Positions 34,367 through 44,509 of a stretch of 58,324 nt of DNA are shown piece after piece. Position numbers and translations under genes: made by a program. Source of the stretch: Bdellovibrionales bacterium (lineage in GTDB: Bacteria; Bdellovibrionota; Bdellovibrionia; Bdellovibrionales; JAGQZY01); NCBI GenBank assembly GCA_031426555.1, contig JANPLN010000068.1:1-58324 (forward strand), given 5' to 3'. Every line of letters starts with the position of its first letter. Position 1 is the stretch's first letter. The notes beneath the pieces were generated by a model that saw only the letters and a program-made list of their open reading frames with translations, was not told the DNA's origin and ran no database searches.

Positions 34367-36079
34367 TCACTTTTGTAAACTAAGTAACGGAATGTAGTTT
34401 GCCGACTCCTTCAATCCTTTACTCATGGCCTGTCGATCTTCCTCGGTCAACGCCTGCGCCGCATATCCATGCAACGGTGAGAGCTTTTGTAAGGACGGCG
34501 TAATTTCTTTTAAACAGGAAACATCTTTTAGCTTAAAACACACTTTAAATAAAACCTGAAAATACAAACGATCTTGCACACCAAATCGTCGCGCACTCAT
34601 CAGCGACTCTTTGGCTTTTTCCAGCTCCCCTACGCTTTGTGAAACGATGGCGCTGGCAATATGAGCCCGTGGATCCTTGGAATTCTTTCCCAACCAGGCG
34701 TCGATGGACTGCTGAGCTGCCAAAACTCCTTGCGCCTTGTACTTACAGATAAAATTGAGCAGGGAGGCGCTCTCACTATTGGCAATTTTAAGTAGATCTT
34801 GGCAGACGAAGGCAAAAGACTTCCATTGAAATCCACGCCAATCCACGAGGGGAGAATGTACATGATCCGTGGTGAGGTCGGGATCTAAACTTATGGAGTT
34901 TTGAATCAGTTTTTGCACGGAGTTTTTATCGCCGCCCAATTTGGACATGAGGTAAGCATGGAACAAATAAATCTCTTGCTGACTGTCATAAATTTTATGC
35001 GTCACCATTTGGGAAGTGATTTGTTGAGCTTTTTGTAAAGCCGACTTGTTATTCTCCTTGAGATTTTGAAAAAGATAACCCTCGATCAAATAGAGAGCCC
35101 CGATGTGCGAATAGGGATTTTTATTGAGCGTTTTGAGCAATACTGCCTCGGCCTCACGATAGCGGCCCTGCGTAAACAACAACCATCCTTTGTTGATCAA
35201 AGCGGGCACATACTCGGACTCCCCGTCGGCCTGCAGGGATTCGTTAAAGTGTTTTAAAGCCGCTGTGTAAGCTGATTCGCGTTGCTGCAATTCGTAGGAA
35301 TAGGAAAGGCCTAAAAGATTTTGCCCAAAGAGAATGGTTTCTTTTTTATACTGTCCCACCAATGCTTTTTCGATGAGGCTGCGCGCGTAGGCCGTTTGTC
35401 CTTCCATCTGAATGAGCAGCGGCGCCATTTCGAGAGCCAAGTCCACGTCGCGCGGGTTGAGTTGATGAGCTAACGTAAAGTTTTTTAGCGCGTCCGACCA
35501 ATGGGCTGTTTTTTTAAAACTTAAACCATGATCAAAATAAGACACGAAGTCAGATTTCTTTTCTGTCTGGGGTAAGGTTTGATTCGAATTATTAAAAAAG
35601 TACCAACCTCCCGCAACCGCAAGAATAAGAAGAATCCCAGCATAAACGAAATTGAGCGGAAACGGCTCGGCGGGAGTGGCTTTAAATATTTCGCTGCTAT
35701 TGGGTCTGATGACACGGGGGGAAGTGGGGTATACTGCAACTGGCGGTGGCGTTAAGGTTTCGGCAAATGGTGTCTGCGTGAGGCGGTCCGGAGTGACATC
35801 CATTGTGCGAGTGATGGTTCCTTCGGTGCGAGTCATGGTGTTCTCAATCACTTCTTCTTGCTTGCGGCGCATTTTTTCGATGGCAGCGACAAACAATGCT
35901 TGCGTTTGTAAGGGGCGCCAGCGATCGAGGGGCGACATCGCTTCGTGATGGGGCGAAAGTGTTCCCGACATCAATTTTGCGATCAGCTCATTAAAGGAGA
36001 AGGGACCAGAAATATGCGCGTCGACTTTTATTAGCCAACACGGATCATTGTCGTTAAAACGTCGATTGTATTCCATCAC
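34367..36079 (-). CDS. GYF_2-like domain / TM / TPR-repeat membrane protein
   Basis: N-terminal W..GPFS..EL...G.L...W.PL, one TM helix near aa 143-162, then TPR-like helical repeats. Confidence 0.75.
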   Translation of the reverse strand: MMEYNRRFNDNDPCWLIKVDAHISGPFSFNELIAKLMSGTLSPHHEAMSPLDRWRPLQTQALFVAAIEKMRRKQEEVIENTMTRTEGTITRTMDVTPDRLTQTPFAETLTPPPVAVYPTSPRVIRPNSSEIFKATPAEPFPLNFVYAGILLILAVAGGWYFFNNSNQTLPQTEKKSDFVSYFDHGLSFKKTAHWSDALKNFTLAHQLNPRDVDLALEMAPLLIQMEGQTAYARSLIEKALVGQYKKETILFGQNLLGLSYSYELQQRESAYTAALKHFNESLQADGESEYVPALINKGWLLFTQGRYREAEAVLLKTLNKNPYSHIGALYLIEGYLFQNLKENNKSALQKAQQITSQMVTHKIYDSQQEIYLFHAYLMSKLGGDKNSVQKLIQNSISLDPDLTTDHVHSPLVDWRGFQWKSFAFVCQDLLKIANSESASLLNFICKYKAQGVLAAQQSIDAWLGKNSKDPRAHIASAIVSQSVGELEKAKESLMSARRFGVQDRLYFQVLFKVCFKLKDVSCLKEITPSLQKLSPLHGYAAQALTEEDRQAMSKGLKESANYIPLLSLQK

Positions 36080-36131
36080 TTAAATAATCTTAGGCGTGCC
36101 TTACTGAATAGTAAAGCACAGGCTCACAGTT

Positions 36132-37658
36132 TTAATGGCGAAAGTGCCTCTGGCCTGTCAAAACCATTTGCAAGCCAAGCTCTTGCGCTTTTGCAATCAC
36201 TTCGCTGTCTTTCACCGATCCGCCGGGCTGCACAATCCAGCTCACTCCACCCTGTGCAGCAATCTCGATGGAATCGGGAAATGGGAAAAAAGCATCGCTC
36301 GCCAAAATCAAGTTTTTACGCTGCGGATGGTGGGCCTGGGCGCGACCCAAAGCTTGTCGAACAGCATCTACGCGATTCACTTGTCCCATGCCCAACCCCA
36401 GAGTTTGGTTCCCCTGGCAAACGCTAATGGCATTGCTCTTTAACGAGGCACATGTTTTCCACGCAAAGATCAATTCGTTCAGCTGGCTCTCGGATGGCTT
36501 CTCCCCGATGAATTGCCACTTTGAAACATCGTCCCCGATCTGATCGGTGTCTTGAACCAACAACCCACCATCGATCCCCTTGATGTCGTGGGCCGACGAA
36601 AAACTCATCATTTCTTTCCACGATAAAACGCGCAGATTCTTTTTTGCTGAAAAAACATTCAAAGCGTCTTCGCTCACTTCAGGTGCGATCACGCATTCTA
36701 AAAAAATCTCGTTCAACCGTTCAGCGTGCTTTTCGGTGATTGAAAAATTGCAGGCGATAATTCCACCGAATACACTCACCGGGTCGGCCTGCAAACATTT
36801 TTCCAAGGCTAAATCGGTTGCCGCATCCGAAGCCACAGCACAGGGATTGTTGTGTTTGATAGCTACCGCCGTGGGCTGGCTAAACATGCGGACGGTGTTG
36901 CAAGCGGCCTGCAAATCGAGAATATTATTGTACGACAACGCCTTGCCTTGAAGCACGGTCGCACTATGCAATCCAGTTTCTTGTGAACGATACCATTTGG
37001 CTGATTGGTGGGGATTTTCTCCGTAGCGGAGTGAGGAAAAGATATCGCCCTTCATTAAAAACGGAGCGCTGGTCTCTCGATCCTGTCCCATTTCATCGTA
37101 GAAATTTTGGGCGATCATTTGATCGTAGGTGGACGTCCACTGAAAGACTTTGGCCGCTAGATATTTTCGGTCTTCAAACGTCAATTGCCCGTCTTTGCGC
37201 GCAATCCAGGCGTAGTCACCCGGATCACAAACCACACAGATGTTTTCGAAATTTTTGGCGGCGGCGCGGAGCATGGAAGGGCCACCCACGTCGATAAACT
37301 CGATGAGTTCTTTACCAGTAGAACCATTTTTTTTGGCCTGCTCAAAGGGATACAAATTAACGACAACAAGGTCAAACGGCAGCACCTCGTGGCGACTGAG
37401 CAAATCCAAATCTTCTTCGATGCTCGGGCGGTACAATAGGCCCATGTGCACTTTAGGATGGAGCGTTTTAACTCGTCCGTCCATGCATTCAGGAAAGCCG
37501 GTGTAATCCGACACATCGGTGACAGCCAGACCCGCTTCACGCAGTACTTTTGCGGTGCCACCGGAAGAAATAATTTTTGCACCGTGATCAGCGAAGGGAG
37601 ATAAAAACTGTACCAGACCCGTTTTCTCGGAAACACTCGTAAGAATTCTTTGAAACAT
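36132..37658 (-). CDS. purH: Bifunctional AICAR transformylase / IMP cyclohydrolase
   Basis: SVSEKTG, GRVKTLHP, IDVGGPSM.RAAAKN, LRYGENPHQ, KHNNPC, ASDAFFPF, RHFRH. Confidence 0.98.
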   Translation of the reverse strand: MFQRILTSVSEKTGLVQFLSPFADHGAKIISSGGTAKVLREAGLAVTDVSDYTGFPECMDGRVKTLHPKVHMGLLYRPSIEEDLDLLSRHEVLPFDLVVVNLYPFEQAKKNGSTGKELIEFIDVGGPSMLRAAAKNFENICVVCDPGDYAWIARKDGQLTFEDRKYLAAKVFQWTSTYDQMIAQNFYDEMGQDRETSAPFLMKGDIFSSLRYGENPHQSAKWYRSQETGLHSATVLQGKALSYNNILDLQAACNTVRMFSQPTAVAIKHNNPCAVASDAATDLALEKCLQADPVSVFGGIIACNFSITEKHAERLNEIFLECVIAPEVSEDALNVFSAKKNLRVLSWKEMMSFSSAHDIKGIDGGLLVQDTDQIGDDVSKWQFIGEKPSESQLNELIFAWKTCASLKSNAISVCQGNQTLGLGMGQVNRVDAVRQALGRAQAHHPQRKNLILASDAFFPFPDSIEIAAQGGVSWIVQPGGSVKDSEVIAKAQELGLQMVLTGQRHFRH

Positions 37659-37664
37659 ATTTTA

Positions 37665-38990
37665 TTATAGATTCACTCTCGACAGGAGGCCTTTTAGATC
37701 ATCGCTCGACAAGAAGACACCCGCTCCGAAAAAGACAGAGCGCTTGCGCTCGTTGAGCATATCCTCGCCACCGCCTTGAACGAAAACACCTTTCATAATG
37801 TTATACCGCACATACGGCCGCAGCTTTATATCGTCGTTATCGTCGTCTCTGCCACCAAAATCAAAAGCATCGAGTCCAAGTTTTAAACGTTTACGAAGCA
37901 GCGTATATTCAAACGCTACGCCACCAGTGCTTTCAATCATTCCAGCCTTGATAGCGAAGTTGTAAAAATCTTTACCAAAAAGAGCTGTAAAACGGTACTT
38001 ATTTTCATAAACAATTTGCGTATTGGTCACCGTAGGAGCGCCTGGGGTAACTGTCGTGGTTGAGGTGGTTTCTTCCTTTAAGCCGATTGGCGTCGAAACC
38101 AAGCCCACTTCGTAAAAACGGTCTAACCCGGTGCGCACATTGGCCCCGATGTAGGATCTATACCCGCTTTGGTCAGGAATGGAGTTTGTGTGCGCTTCCA
38201 CGCTGATATCGGTTTTCATTGTTAAGTCCGAGAAAAAGCCGAAAGTTTCGATGGTTGAATCGAGGGAGTCGGCCATGCTCTCGTCGTTGATCAACCGGCC
38301 AATGGGACCCTGCCCCTCGTTAATTTTCGAAGAAATGGATTCGATATTCACCATCGCACGATCAATGCGCGCCATGGCGCTTTTCATCGTGGTGATGATT
38401 TCACCAACTTCGCCCTTTTTCTCGCGCACAAGCTGAGCCAAATCTCCCGTGAGGTTTTCGATATTTCTAATAATGCGACCCACAGGTTTGCTGTCGTCAC
38501 CCTCTGTGGCATCGCGAAGGTTATCCACAACAACCGTTAACGACGTGGTTACTTTGCTGACTTGCGCGATGAGTTTATCTAAGCTTGCCGAATCTTCCAC
38601 GCCATTGATGCGATCCCCCGACTCAAGCAGCGCATCGTTGGCGTCGCCCGGTAAGATCTCGATGTGTTTGTCGCCCAAAATACCATTGGGACGAATTTGT
38701 ACTTTGGAGGATTTTGTGAGGCGAACGTTGGGCTGAATGACAACATCAATGCGAGCTTGCCCGTCTTCGGAAAGGCCGATCTGCTTTACGATACCGACGC
38801 GAATTCCCGCTACATGCACGGGGCCATTTTTTATGAGACCGGCTGCGTTTTCGAGGGTGAACCAGAGTTTTTTACCGCCCATGAAGCCAGCGCTTTCGCT
38901 CACTTGCAGCGACATGGCGCCGACAATGCACGACACAACAATGACTAACAAACCAACTTTGAATTCAGGAGTTTTAAAAAGCGGATTCAC
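37665..38990 (-). CDS. mlaD: Long MCE/MlaD protein with helical region and C-terminal beta-strand domain
   Basis: N-terminal TM, MCE motifs (AAGL...V.VAGIRVG.V, GILGDKHIEILPG), helical repeats, amphipathic C-terminal strands. Confidence 0.88.
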   Translation of the reverse strand: MNPLFKTPEFKVGLLVIVVSCIVGAMSLQVSESAGFMGGKKLWFTLENAAGLIKNGPVHVAGIRVGIVKQIGLSEDGQARIDVVIQPNVRLTKSSKVQIRPNGILGDKHIEILPGDANDALLESGDRINGVEDSASLDKLIAQVSKVTTSLTVVVDNLRDATEGDDSKPVGRIIRNIENLTGDLAQLVREKKGEVGEIITTMKSAMARIDRAMVNIESISSKINEGQGPIGRLINDESMADSLDSTIETFGFFSDLTMKTDISVEAHTNSIPDQSGYRSYIGANVRTGLDRFYEVGLVSTPIGLKEETTSTTTVTPGAPTVTNTQIVYENKYRFTALFGKDFYNFAIKAGMIESTGGVAFEYTLLRKRLKLGLDAFDFGGRDDDNDDIKLRPYVRYNIMKGVFVQGGGEDMLNERKRSVFFGAGVFLSSDDLKGLLSRVNL

Positions 38991-39766
38991 GACTTATGAA
39001 CCCCTTTGTCTACAAACTTTTTCACAAGCGGGATATCGGTTTCGAAAAAAACCTTGGGCGGTCCGTGAAGTAAAACTTTTCCACTGTCCAACATAGCTAC
39101 GTAATCTCCGATGCGGAACGCTGCGTACAAATCATGCGAGACGACCAACGTGGACGATCCCTGCTTATAATTATGCGTGTTCACTATAAGATTATCTACC
39201 ATTTCTGTGAGAATAGGGTCCAACCCAGTCGTTGGTTCGTCATACACCAAAACGTCTGGATCAAGAGCGAGGGCACGGGCTAGACCACAGCGCTTTCGCA
39301 TTCCTCCGCTGATCTCCGAGGGAAGTTTGCTATAGTGCTTTTCGTCCAGTCCAGCGAGCTTGAGTTTGGCGTAAGCAATTTCTTTCATCTGCGACATGTT
39401 CAAATCCTTGCGATGCTCTCTCAGCGGAAACAATACATTCCCTAGCACAGACATATCGTCAAAAAGTGCAGCGTACTGAAACAAAACTCCAAATTTCATT
39501 CGCTGCTTGATGGCCTCGTCGTCGGAGAGTGAAGTGATGTCTTCACCCATGATTTTAATTTGCCCAGAGGTGGGTTTAATTAAACCTAAAATGTGCCGCA
39601 ACAAAACACTCTTTCCCGTTCCGCTAAATCCGATGATCACCGTGATTTTGCCTTTGGGCACCACAAGATCAAGTCCGTTGAGTACGTAATCCTCACCATT
39701 GAAGGTTTTTTTCAGATCTATGACTTCGATGGCGTTTTCGACTGTTGGGTTTTTGGACTTAGACAT
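38987..39766 (-). CDS. mlaF: MlaF-like ABC ATPase
   Basis: GFSGTGKS, FQYAALFD, ISGGMRKR.GLARA, YDEPTTGLDP. Confidence 0.92.
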   Translation of the reverse strand: MSKSKNPTVENAIEVIDLKKTFNGEDYVLNGLDLVVPKGKITVIIGFSGTGKSVLLRHILGLIKPTSGQIKIMGEDITSLSDDEAIKQRMKFGVLFQYAALFDDMSVLGNVLFPLREHRKDLNMSQMKEIAYAKLKLAGLDEKHYSKLPSEISGGMRKRCGLARALALDPDVLVYDEPTTGLDPILTEMVDNLIVNTHNYKQGSSTLVVSHDLYAAFRIGDYVAMLDSGKVLLHGPPKVFFETDIPLVKKFVDKGVHKS

Positions 39767-40595
39767 ATTCAGCAATCTTGTAATAAATATCGATGAGGTT
39801 CATCAAGAAGAAATCCACAATAATGATAAGTACCATACTTAATACAACGCCTCTATTAGTGGCATCGCCCACATCTTTAGCACCACCCTTGGTGTAAAAG
39901 CCTCGATAGCAACAAATTGAAGCAAAAATAAAACCAAACACCGCCGCTTTGATTAGACCTTCGTTGATATGGTTGGGATTCACCCACAGATTGGTTTTTT
40001 CCCAAAAAATGGCGTCGTCGATGTCGAGAACCTTTACGCATAAAAAATACGAGCCCACGATGGCCACGAAATCAAAGATTCCCGTGAGAAACGGCATCAT
40101 GATTGTTGCCGCCATGATTCGTGGAGACACTAAATAGCGAATCGGATCCACGCCCATCACCTCGATGGCATCGATTTGCTCGGAAACACGCATGGAACCA
40201 AGATTGGCCGCCATGGCTCCACCGGCTCGCGCAGCAACAATGAGACCGGAGAGCACCGGGCCCAACTCACGCGTGATTCCTAACGCGACGGTGGGTCCCA
40301 CCAATGTTGTGGCGTTGATCAATTTAAAGCCCAAATAAATTTGAAACGAAACCGCCATTCCGGTAAATACCCCAGTGAGCACGATAATAAATACAGATTT
40401 ATTCCCGACAAATTCCATGTGTTGAATTAAATCTTCCCAGCGATAAGGCCGTTTGAAAAACAGGCGCATCCCCATCGCGGAAAAACGAAAGAGCAGACCG
40501 AGCTGAAAAATAAAATCAATCACGAGATCGGAAACACCTTTTCCGATGTCATCCAAAAATTGATTTACCTTTTCGCGATACTGTAAAACGGCCAC
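39759..40595 (-). CDS. mlaE: MlaE-like ABC permease
   Basis: RELGPVL, GSMRVSEQIDAIEVMG.DP..YLVSPR, GGAKDVG.AT. Confidence 0.94.
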   Translation of the reverse strand: MAVLQYREKVNQFLDDIGKGVSDLVIDFIFQLGLLFRFSAMGMRLFFKRPYRWEDLIQHMEFVGNKSVFIIVLTGVFTGMAVSFQIYLGFKLINATTLVGPTVALGITRELGPVLSGLIVAARAGGAMAANLGSMRVSEQIDAIEVMGVDPIRYLVSPRIMAATIMMPFLTGIFDFVAIVGSYFLCVKVLDIDDAIFWEKTNLWVNPNHINEGLIKAAVFGFIFASICCYRGFYTKGGAKDVGDATNRGVVLSMVLIIIVDFFLMNLIDIYYKIAEYV

Positions 40596-40612
40596 TTCAT
40601 CTCTTTCTTTGA

Positions 40613-41731
40613 CTAAGTCAAAAACAAACGCGGAACTCGCTCTGATATTCGGGTGAGCACATCATAACCAATTGTCGAAGCCTGTACAGCCACTTGCGTG
40701 GCCTTTTGTTTCTTGCCAAAAAACACCACCTCGTGGTCAATGGCGTTTGCACAATCCGTAACATCTATCATGGTATAGTCCATACACACGCGACCGACAA
40801 TCGAAACAGAATGTTCACCCACCTGCACGATTCCACCATTGGACAATTGAGTAGGCACACCGTCAGCGTAACCAATAGGCACAATGCCAATTTGCGAATC
40901 CCGTTGCGCTATCCACGTGGCACCGTAGGAGACGGCTTGGTTTTTTTTAACTTGCTGAATAGCAACAATCTTAGATTTTAAACTCATCACGGGAGACAGT
41001 TTCGTTTGCAAACTCCCATCGCAAGCGAGAAGCCCGTAGAGACCCAAACCAATGCGTAATCCATAGGCATGTTGCTTTTGAAAATCTCCCAACTGTATGG
41101 CTTGTGCAGCTCCCGAGCTATTGTAGGCGTGCACTTGCGAATAGGGCAGCGACGACATTTCTTTGAGCAATTGCTGAAATTGCCCCAGCTGCTCGCGGGA
41201 ATGTCCTTGTGGGTTGGCTAAATCTTCCGACGACATTAAATGCGTTCCAACGCCAATGACTTTGAGTTTTTTTGAATCGTGAAGACTTTCGAGAAGTTTT
41301 TTAATATCCTTGGCAACAAAACCCAGGCGGTTCATTCCGGTGTTGAGTTTCAGCTGGATGGCTGTGGTGCTGATCGAAAGTTTTTCCAAACTCTCCAGCT
41401 GTGAAAAGTCACTCACAACCGGGGTGAGACAATGGTGCAAAAGTTCGCGAACGGCTTCATCGCCTGTAAAGCCGAAAACAAAAACCTCGGCTTTGCTGTT
41501 GGCTTTCGTGCGCAGTCGAATTCCCTCTTCAACAAGTCCCACACCAAAGCGGGGGCACCCGAGGCTTTCGAGATGCTGCACCACCTGCACGTCGCCATGC
41601 CCGTAGGCATTGGCTTTTACCATGGGGCAAAAAAACAAACGCCCCAACTCGGACTTCGCAAAAATTTGATAATTTTTGGCAAGGGACGAAAGATCAATTT
41701 CGACATAGGAAGGTCTAAGGGGTTTCGACAA
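40613..41731 (-). CDS. alr: Alanine racemase
   Basis: VKANAYGHG, TGMNRLG, GYADG, GRVCMD. Confidence 0.96.
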   Translation of the reverse strand: MSKPLRPSYVEIDLSSLAKNYQIFAKSELGRLFFCPMVKANAYGHGDVQVVQHLESLGCPRFGVGLVEEGIRLRTKANSKAEVFVFGFTGDEAVRELLHHCLTPVVSDFSQLESLEKLSISTTAIQLKLNTGMNRLGFVAKDIKKLLESLHDSKKLKVIGVGTHLMSSEDLANPQGHSREQLGQFQQLLKEMSSLPYSQVHAYNSSGAAQAIQLGDFQKQHAYGLRIGLGLYGLLACDGSLQTKLSPVMSLKSKIVAIQQVKKNQAVSYGATWIAQRDSQIGIVPIGYADGVPTQLSNGGIVQVGEHSVSIVGRVCMDYTMIDVTDCANAIDHEVVFFGKKQKATQVAVQASTIGYDVLTRISERVPRLFLT

Positions 41732-43184
41732 GGCTCGCGTCTTTCTTGCTGACTTCGTTTGGCTGGTTGCCTACGAAGGGCTGGTTGTCTTCGTCTAAGT
41801 TGTAAAGCACGATTTCAAAGGGGCCCGCTTGGCTGGCCGCTTGTTCACTACCTTCTAGCAAACTCATCGTATCATTGGCAAGATGCGGAAAGGTGCTCAC
41901 TCCGCAAAAAACATCGGCGCTCTGCTGTGCCTCTGCTAAGGCTTTTTGCGCAATTGTCGTCAAGCGACTGGCCACAAAGGCGGCTTTGTCTTGCTCGGTC
42001 TGCGGCAGCGCGATGGCCAAACGGCCCTCACCAAGCCGCCCCACAAAATCGCTACTGCGGGTAAAACGTTTTGCTATTTTCGCTAGCAAAGTCATGGCTT
42101 TTTGAGTTTGTGAATTGTTGAGCCCTGGCGAACTTCGCACTTCAAAACTCAGCACCGAAAGAACGTTTTGGTGACGTCGACTGCGGGAGACTTCGTTGTT
42201 TAATTTTTCGTAAAACGTTTTGTTGTTCAGACAATAGGTTTTCAGCTCCACGGGAATATGATCGTAAATCAATCGCGATTTGAAGAAGCCGTCGATCATC
42301 AGGGAAAGCGCTTGCATATGCTTTTGCGCAAGATCTTGATGAACGTCACTTAAGGTATCTGTGGCCACAAGAACTCCAAAGACCAGCTCTTTACTTTGCA
42401 CAACAAAGGAACGGGTTTGATCCGCATGAAAGACACGCGTAAAAAAATCAGACCAAATTTTATAATCCTGGGGGTGAGTTAAAAAATGCGGAAGATCAGC
42501 AAGACCGTCGAGCTTAATTCCAATCTTGCGGTGGCGAGCTGTCATCCCCGAAGCCACATCCACCAGTTGCAGGACTTCGTTTTCGAAATCATATTTTAAA
42601 TAAACAAAATCCCGTCGACATTGATCTTGCAGGCGTTTTAACGAAAAGTGCACGGCCACTTCTTCGCTCTCACAGAGTAATAAATCGGAAATTCCGCTAT
42701 CAGTAACGGTGACTGTGGGCTCTGTCACTTCGATGAATTCCAAGGTTTCCATTTTGCTATCTGTGGCCACCGGCATCGGTGCTTCTTTAGCCATCCGAAA
42801 CAACCATGCTTCTACTCCTCGCGACACGCGATGGGCCAACTGCCCCGGCAAGGCAACAGGATCGAGAACATAATCATAGATCACTTCTTGCTCGAGAAGC
42901 CGATGCGCACGCTCTGCTTCGATGGTCGCGCAGGTGACAAAGACTTGAATCTCTTGACTCATCTTTTGGATTTCGTGCGAAAGTTGCGTTGTTTTTTCGA
43001 TCAAAGGAAGTATCACAATGTGCGGAAGTGCCAGATATATGGCTTGCAGCAAAAGTTCTTCGCTGGTGTAAAAATGAACTTCATAGCCCTCGCGCAGGAG
43101 CATTTCTTTTAAAAATCGAGCTTGTGCCGGATTTTCATCGTAAACAAATATTGAAAATTCCTTATTATACTTTTTGGGATTCAT
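41715..43184 (-). CDS. Pseudo-receiver plus degenerate GGDEF protein (putative c-di-GMP receptor)
   Basis: Receiver-like N-terminus lacking the acceptor Asp (HIVILP). The C-terminal GGDEF fold has an RSSD I-site five residues before GEGRL. Confidence 0.8.
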   Translation of the reverse strand: MNPKKYNKEFSIFVYDENPAQARFLKEMLLREGYEVHFYTSEELLLQAIYLALPHIVILPLIEKTTQLSHEIQKMSQEIQVFVTCATIEAERAHRLLEQEVIYDYVLDPVALPGQLAHRVSRGVEAWLFRMAKEAPMPVATDSKMETLEFIEVTEPTVTVTDSGISDLLLCESEEVAVHFSLKRLQDQCRRDFVYLKYDFENEVLQLVDVASGMTARHRKIGIKLDGLADLPHFLTHPQDYKIWSDFFTRVFHADQTRSFVVQSKELVFGVLVATDTLSDVHQDLAQKHMQALSLMIDGFFKSRLIYDHIPVELKTYCLNNKTFYEKLNNEVSRSRRHQNVLSVLSFEVRSSPGLNNSQTQKAMTLLAKIAKRFTRSSDFVGRLGEGRLAIALPQTEQDKAAFVASRLTTIAQKALAEAQQSADVFCGVSTFPHLANDTMSLLEGSEQAASQAGPFEIVLYNLDEDNQPFVGNQPNEVSKKDASLVETP

Positions 43185-44379
43185 GCTTCTCCCGTTTCGG
43201 TTTGCGAATCGAAGTTAAAAGGGACTGCACGTCGAAGTCCGACGCTATGGGATCCAAGTGTAAGGGGTTAAAGGTAGGCTGCGCTGCTACAATTGGCTCC
43301 ACCGGGTCGATGATGGCGCGGAGCTCGCGAAGCTCTTTTTCGAGCATTTGAAGTTGCGAGGAGGCCGCGGGATTTTGCGATTTGTAGCGATTTAAATACC
43401 CAAGGCAATTGATCGTTTTAGTACGCATGTCAGTAACGTCAAAGCTCTTTTCTTGCGGCGGTGTAGCGACAGGTTCAGATTTTGGCAAAACAACGTCTGC
43501 CGTTGCCGCGCGCACAGGAGCTTGAGAATTTTTCAGCTCCAGTTCGTCGATGCGCTGAAAAAATCCTCTAAAGACCAAATCAGTCACAACCATGCTGATG
43601 ATGACCAACAGACCGATCATCAACAGAAGCGCTCGCAGGTAGGACGCGCTTTCCACAACCATGTTTTGCAACTGAATCTGTTTAACAAATAAAAGCTGCA
43701 AATCGGGATGGAAGTACGTGACCAGAGCCGCTGTTTTTGAAGTGGGCCACAGTCCTGTTTGTTTTTGTGCGAGCAAGGATCGATGCTTCTCCAGGCCCTC
43801 GATGGGCTTTTCGCCAAAGGCAAAAATCTCTCCCAGTTGCGGAGCCATCAAGGTTAAATTTTCTGCGGTGGAAGCTCCCCGAAACCATTTGGCAAAAAAA
43901 TCTGTTTTAAAAAAGAAACTGTAGTAACTCACGCGCCCGGCTGCAAACACCGGCACGACGTAGGCGAGATGGGCTCCGTGCTCTTTCACATTCACTAAGT
44001 GCCAGGATTTTTTCGAGGTGGACAAGGAATCAAAGGGAATTTGCTGAGCGACGTTTTTGGCTTGCGCCCGTAAACCTTCAACGCCCTCAAACCACTGCGC
44101 CTTCCACTTGCCGTTCTCTTTGATGATGTGGGCTAACAGGGAAATCTCCTGCGCTTTTAACATGGGCTCTACATTGGTTTGCGCACTTAATATTTTTTGT
44201 AAATTATCAAACTGGCTTTGTACGATGACAGCCTGTTTTTCCAAATCCTGAATTTGCATATTTTGGTAAGTTTGAGCGTATTTTTTGGAAAAGATATCAA
44301 AGGATTTCCAGGTCACAATCAGAAAAGATCCTGTGAGGAAAAAACCCAAAAAAACTAAATATTTTAAACGTGCGTTCAT
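43165..44379 (-). CDS. Two-TM membrane protein with periplasmic sensor-like domain
   Basis: TM near aa 7-25, about 220-aa periplasmic region, second TM, cytoplasmic tail containing DMRTKTINCLGYL. Confidence 0.75.
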   Translation of the reverse strand: MNARLKYLVFLGFFLTGSFLIVTWKSFDIFSKKYAQTYQNMQIQDLEKQAVIVQSQFDNLQKILSAQTNVEPMLKAQEISLLAHIIKENGKWKAQWFEGVEGLRAQAKNVAQQIPFDSLSTSKKSWHLVNVKEHGAHLAYVVPVFAAGRVSYYSFFFKTDFFAKWFRGASTAENLTLMAPQLGEIFAFGEKPIEGLEKHRSLLAQKQTGLWPTSKTAALVTYFHPDLQLLFVKQIQLQNMVVESASYLRALLLMIGLLVIISMVVTDLVFRGFFQRIDELELKNSQAPVRAATADVVLPKSEPVATPPQEKSFDVTDMRTKTINCLGYLNRYKSQNPAASSQLQMLEKELRELRAIIDPVEPIVAAQPTFNPLHLDPIASDFDVQSLLTSIRKPKREKHESQKV

Positions 44380-44509
44380 AGTCCCCCGAGTCTTAAGTCA
44401 AACTCCTCTTCATCCTATGCTTTTTTGTTAATCAACAAAAGGCTCTCTCCCCGGCATTAGACAAAGGTCTAGGTTGCCCATTGGCCATGTCTGTTATAGT
44501 CTTGCCTCT

